A DNA stretch of 64,000 nucleotides from the human T2T-CHM13v2.0 reference genome, Homo sapiens, in the NCBI RefSeq assembly GCF_009914755.1, contig NC_060927.1. One strand, 5' to 3'. The notes below the pieces were generated by a model. That model was not told the origin of the DNA, made no database searches, and worked only from the letters and a program-made list of their open reading frames with translations. Of the stretch, positions 59,193 to 64,000 are shown piece by piece. Each line of letters starts with the position of its first letter. Position 1 is the first letter of the stretch. The position numbers and the translations under genes were made by a program.

Positions 59193-60398
59193 TGTGTTAG
59201 TTTACATTTGGTGATATAACAAACTACTGCCAATTTAATGGCATAAAACAACACACTTCTATTATTTTACAGTTCTGGAGTTCAGAAGTCCTAAAATCAT
59301 GCATCCTTTGAAATCTGGATCTACTGAGAATTTCCAAAATTATGTAGTGCTGGTTTTGCTTAAGAGTTCTTCCCTCAATGTGTCTCTTTCCTCATATTTT
59401 GCTATAAACAGCAATCAGAAACAAGGCCATACTTTCAACACTTTTCTTGGAAATCTCTTCAGGTAAATATCCAAAGTTATTGTTACCTGTTCTGCTTTCC
59501 ATGTATTGGTAGGACACAATTCAACTAAGCTTTCTGCCACTATGTAACAAGGATCCCCTTTCTTTCGGTTTCCAATGACATGTTCCTTCTTTTCTTCTGG
59601 ACCCTTATCAGTGATACTTTTAAAGTTTGTATTTCTACCAAGAGTTCATTTACAATGATTTAAATATCCTGTAAGAAAATACAGATTTTTCTACCATGTT
59701 CCTCACTATCATCTAGGTCTTCACTAGAAGAGTTGTCTACATTTTCACTAAAAGTCTAAGGAAATCTAAACTTTTCAGTCTTTGTCCCCAAAATTCTTTC
59801 AGTTTTTTCCTATTGCCCAATTCCAAAGCCACTTCTGTGTTTTTATTTGTTTTTTACAGAAGCACCTCACTACCAGTGCCATAGTTTGTATTTATTTATT
59901 ACTGTTGCTGTAAAATTTGCGACAAACTTGGTGGCTTGAAACAACATAAATTTATTATCTTACCTTTCTAGAGGTCAGAAATCCTAAATTCAAAATGATG
60001 GCAGTGCTGTATTCCTTCTGGAGGCTCTAAGGGAGAATTCATTTCCTTGCATTTTTCCATGTTCTAGAGGACACCTCCATTTCTTGACCTCATGATTGTT
60101 TAATCTAGCTTTAAAGTAGGCAGCATAGCCTCTTCAAATCTCTTTCTCTGGGTGTGTGTGCTTGTCTTACCTCTGCTTTTGTCATATGTCCTCCTGTGAC
60201 TCTGAAACCTCTGCCTCTCTCTTATCAGGACCCTTGTGATTATATAAGACACACTAACATAATCTAAGAGGATCTTCCCCTCTCATGACTTTTTACGTAA
60301 TCATATCAACAAAGTCCCCTTTGCAATTGAAGGTAATCCACCCACAAATTAGGTCATAGATATCTTTGGGTGGGTGGGAACATTATTCTGCCTACCGT
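59193..60398 (-). mobile_element. Internally deleted MLT1D-like provirus: 5'LTR about 59887-60398, internal about 59300-59886, partial 3'LTR about 59193-59299
   Basis: Two MLT1 LTR ends (…AAACAAC…ATTAT…TAC…TTCT.GAG.TCAGAA.TCC) flank MLT-int sequence. Confidence 0.7.
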
Positions 60399-60825
60399 AA
60401 CTACTTTTCTCAGTAGCTTTCTTTCAGTATCAAAATTCAGATCTAGAAAAAGCAGAAAAAGCAAATAGCGCTTTTCCATGGGTATTAAAATTTGCATGTA
60501 TATATTAAAATTATGATTCCAAAGAGAAATAATTACTGATAAAATTATTTTATCAGTAATTGATATGTAGTGAAAAATAAAATGAGCCCCATATTATTTT
60601 CTTAAATAAGTCTCTTTGAATTCTTAACTACTTCTGAAACATTCATAGCCTAAATGGCTTTAACTATTATTAAATTTTTACTAGTAAGAAAGACCATTCT
60701 TGACAGAAGTCTGTCAACAATAAGGAAAGACCATCTTTGCATTAGTAGGAAAATGGATACGTCCCATGCTCTGTCATTTCTCTGATGCTTAAATTGAAAT
60801 AATCTGCCTTTAAAGATGTTAATGA

Positions 60826-61087
60826 CACTTCGGGAGGGCGAGGCGGGCAGATCATGAGGTCTGGAATTCAAGACTAGCCTGACCAATACAGTGAAACCCC
60901 ATCCTTACTAAAAATACAAAAATTAGCCGGGCATGATGCTGCATGCCTGTAGTCCCAGCTACTTGGGAGGTTGAGACAGGAGAATCGCTTGAACCCAGGA
61001 GGCAGAGGTTACAGTGAACGAAGATCATGCCACTGCCCTCCAGAGAGCGAGACTCCATCTCAAAAAACAAACAAACAAATAAACAAA
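60826..61087 (+). mobile_element. 5'-truncated AluS
   Basis: Alu from CACTTCGGGAGG to a (CAAA)n tail; short TSD TGTTAAT. Confidence 0.88.
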
Positions 61088-62098
61088 CTGTTAATACAGG
61101 CAGGGTGAGACTGTGCTTGGTTTCTAATGCCCATAGCTCAGATTTCCGGTTTAAGAACAATCAATGGAGGCTAAAACAAGTATTTTTAAGATCAAAACCA
61201 AACTCAAGATAGGAACAAATAGCACCATATCACAAATAATATTATTTAATATATGATATTATCATTAACATCATATAATATGTTATAATATGAATATAAT
61301 ATGAATATGATGTTAATGATAACATATCACTTAAGATATGATATTTTCCTGTATCTTGAGTTTGGGTTTGAGCACTACTCACTTAGGTATTCTATTGTCA
61401 TTGTTATCGTTGATCTGAAAATTAGTCAGCTTCTTTACAACTCCAGCCACAGTATTTGGCATCCTGACCTTCATTGACATTGATTGCCCCAAGCTGATCA
61501 TATCCTGCAGAGATGAAAAATTTCCTTTTGTATATTATTTTGTCATTACTTCCTTGTGACTCCAATTTTTGCTTTGTAAAATTGTATAGACACAAGATAG
61601 AAACATAACTTTGCTACCCCTGCCCTGTGGTACATGGTAATATTAAAATAGTACTTCTCAGTGGCTTCCATTAGCAGAAATGACAATAGTAACTTTTTTT
61701 CATCTCATATAATCTAAATGCATGACTACATATCACACTGTACTTCTTTCAAGTCCTTGGATTCTGGTCCAGATAGTGCTCTTTATATAGGAAAAGATTA
61801 TTTACTTTCACTCCAGGACTGTTTCAGTTCTGGCTTTAAGGCACACACATTAAAATCAAATATAATGCTTCAGCATGGTGTTAAGATCTGTCCTTTTTCG
61901 CATTCTGCTAAGCATCCTGTTTGCTTTTTGAAAATTGGTTTTTCACAGTGAAGAACATCATCAAAGTAACTCCAAAATAATTCCAAACTATTTTCTCCAT
62001 AGAACATTTGGTCAGTTTACAGTCCAGCTGTTGACAGATGCAGGTTACATGGGGAAAGTTATCCTTCTGTAATATTTACTCTCTTAAATTCACACTAG

Positions 62099-62327
62099 GC
62101 TCCTGTGACAGTGAAATACTATGAACTGACTTCTTATACTGAGGTTAAAAGACAATCCAGAATGCTGCACTGGAAAGCTGATCTCATGTTTTACCCGCGC
62201 TTTATTTCATTCTTTCCGGAGTTAATTTTCATCTGCCATGAATCTGCCTCTTCATTCACTCCGGTGGAGTCCATCTGGAGTTCCTTTAGATTATCTGTGT
62301 GTTGATTTCCCCTCCCATCAAATCAAG
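62099..62327 (+). other. Candidate non-coding exon (229 bp)
   Basis: Acceptor ttactctcttaaattcacactag|G and consensus donor AAG|GTAAGT. Confidence 0.35.
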
Positions 62328-62440
62328 GTAAGTTAGCATCATCAGAAACCTTCTCAATTATCATCTTTCACCTTACTTCAGATTTTGAGATGCCTACAGA
62401 ATTCAGAAGTCCTGAAACTAGTCATGCTTGCCTGAAAGAC
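62190..62440 (-). mobile_element. Ancient CR1/L3-type LINE reverse-transcriptase remnant
   Basis: One minus-strand frame reads IEKVSDDANLP*FDGRGNQHTDNLKELQMDSTGVNEEADSWQMKINSGK, matching the CR1 pattern ISKFADDTKL...LQxDLxxLxEWAxxWQMKFNxxK. Confidence 0.7.
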
Positions 62441-62604
62441 TTTTTGCATGTAATCTTTAGTGTTATTATTATGTATTGTCTTATTTTTTAGCATGTGATA
62501 TGCATGGAGGTGTGTGGTGGTGTATGTGTATAGGCTTGTATTTTAATACACACTATGGTTGACCTTAAACAGGATTTGAGTTGCAAATAGAACAGTTTAT
62601 AGAA

Positions 62605-63690
62605 GGCAATATGACTTAGTGGTTAAATGTATGACTTTGGGGTCAGAACACATAGGTGTAAACGATGACTCTGCCATTTACTGAGTTTGCTTCTTTAGCC
62701 AGCTACCTTTGCTGTTCAAGACTCAATTTCTCCTTCCTTAAAATAGTGATTAAGATACAGTCTTTTCTGTAGGCTTTTTGATGGAGTTTAATGAGATCTT
62801 GCAAATAAGATCCTTAGCATGGTGCTTGCCAGGTATTAAATGCTCAGAATTTCATCTTTTATTCTTTATCTTGATAAAGATGTTGAGCAAATGTTCAGGA
62901 AAATTCCAACTCAAATAGAAATATGATTATATTGCTTAAAAGGAAATTGACATGTCTGACATTATGGATATAAATTTAAGGTCCTTGCCCTTAAGCAACA
63001 CAGAATATAGGGAGGATATAGTAAAACAAAGGATTATATCACAGTTGACTAACTATGATGGGTAAAGATGTGGCCAAGACAGTATGAAAAAGCAGGGGTG
63101 CCTTCCCTCCATGTTGGCAAGAAAAGAATAAAGAGAAGGCTTTTTGGAGGAAGCAAGGTCTAGCTTTTAGTTCTTAATGGTGGGCAAGGAGTTCACAAAG
63201 TGAAGGGATAATTATTCTAGGTACAGACGTAAAAAGAATAAGATAATCTAAAAAATACAACCAAACTAAGCACAAACAAACAAAAAACTTAAAAGGCTAG
63301 ATTATGTCACAGGAACTGAACTTGATTTCTGGCATAAATTTGTATGACATCAGAACCTGGTTGAGGAATTAAATAGCTCATTGGGCAGCTCTCATTTAGG
63401 CAGTGCTAAGAATATCCGGTTTAACTTCTGCCCTTGTACAAAATTTAGTAAAATAATAGTGGCTGTTATTTATTGAATACTCACTATAGACCAAACACTG
63501 AAGTTGGATACTTTATAACCATTGTCCTCTTCAAATATATTTTATCTATTTTAAGCTAAGTACAGTAAGCATGCCACCACTGTACAAACCTGTGTAGCAA
63601 CTATGAGGAATGTTAAACAGAGTTTGAATTCCCAACCCCCTTTATTCTGTCCGGGTTATTTTTATTATGAGGATTAGAATTTCATATCTA
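62605..63690. mobile_element. Cluster of MIR (+, about 62605-62850), L2 (-, about 62870-63350) and MIR (-, about 63455-63690)
   Basis: Typical MIR core motifs and antisense L2 motifs (GGTCCTTGCCCTTAAG, AAGGCTTTTTGGAGGAAG). Confidence 0.6.
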
Positions 63691-64000
63691 AAGAATCCAC
63701 TCACTGCTGCTACAACTTAGTTTCTTGATATGGCAATATTTAATAGCTTTGAGATTCAAAACAAAGTTATTACCAGTCTGTAACTTTCCTAAATGTCAAC
63801 AACAAAACTTACAACTTGTTAACAGCTTATGGAGTTTGAAATTTTACGTACCTTATTTTCTAGCTGTCATTCCTTTCCCTTCAAGGAACAGCACAGATAG
63901 TTAACTTTCTGTAAGAGTTTCTCGACACAGGTGGCCTCCAAAGAAAGCCATAAAAGGCTGTCAACCTTCTATGTGGAGAACCCTACAAAGTACTAGAGAA

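Overview
This is human (at least hominid) AT-rich, repeat-dense non-coding DNA, either intergenic or deep intronic. A near-consensus AluYb8 at 351-666 points to Homo sapiens. I cannot support any host protein-coding gene, RNA gene, CRISPR array or prokaryote-type system; the longer ORFs in the track are decayed LINE-1 ORF1/ORF2, Alu or LTR sequence. Roughly 60-65% of the window (estimated by eye) is transposon-derived: many L1 generations (L1ME/MC/MB, L1PB, L1PA), about 10 Alus, a full THE1B-type MaLR provirus inside an AluJ inside an old L1, a MER57A1 ERV1 with an intact tRNA-Leu primer-binding site, MLT1 LTRs, hAT MITEs, MIR and L2. The most notable structures are: (1) a young (about 98% identical) 265-bp inverted self-copy inside an old L1PB; (2) a small L1PA3 insertion carrying a 3' transduction; (3) a four-level nested transposon stack at 36.9-48.7 kb; (4) an ancient CR1/L3 reverse-transcriptase remnant that still reads in frame and overlaps a candidate exon; (5) several fold-back palindromes; (6) candidate non-coding exons on both strands that could be driven by LTRs. 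I found no convincing new biological system. Repeat subfamily names come from recalled consensus sequences and need RepeatMasker/Dfam confirmation.
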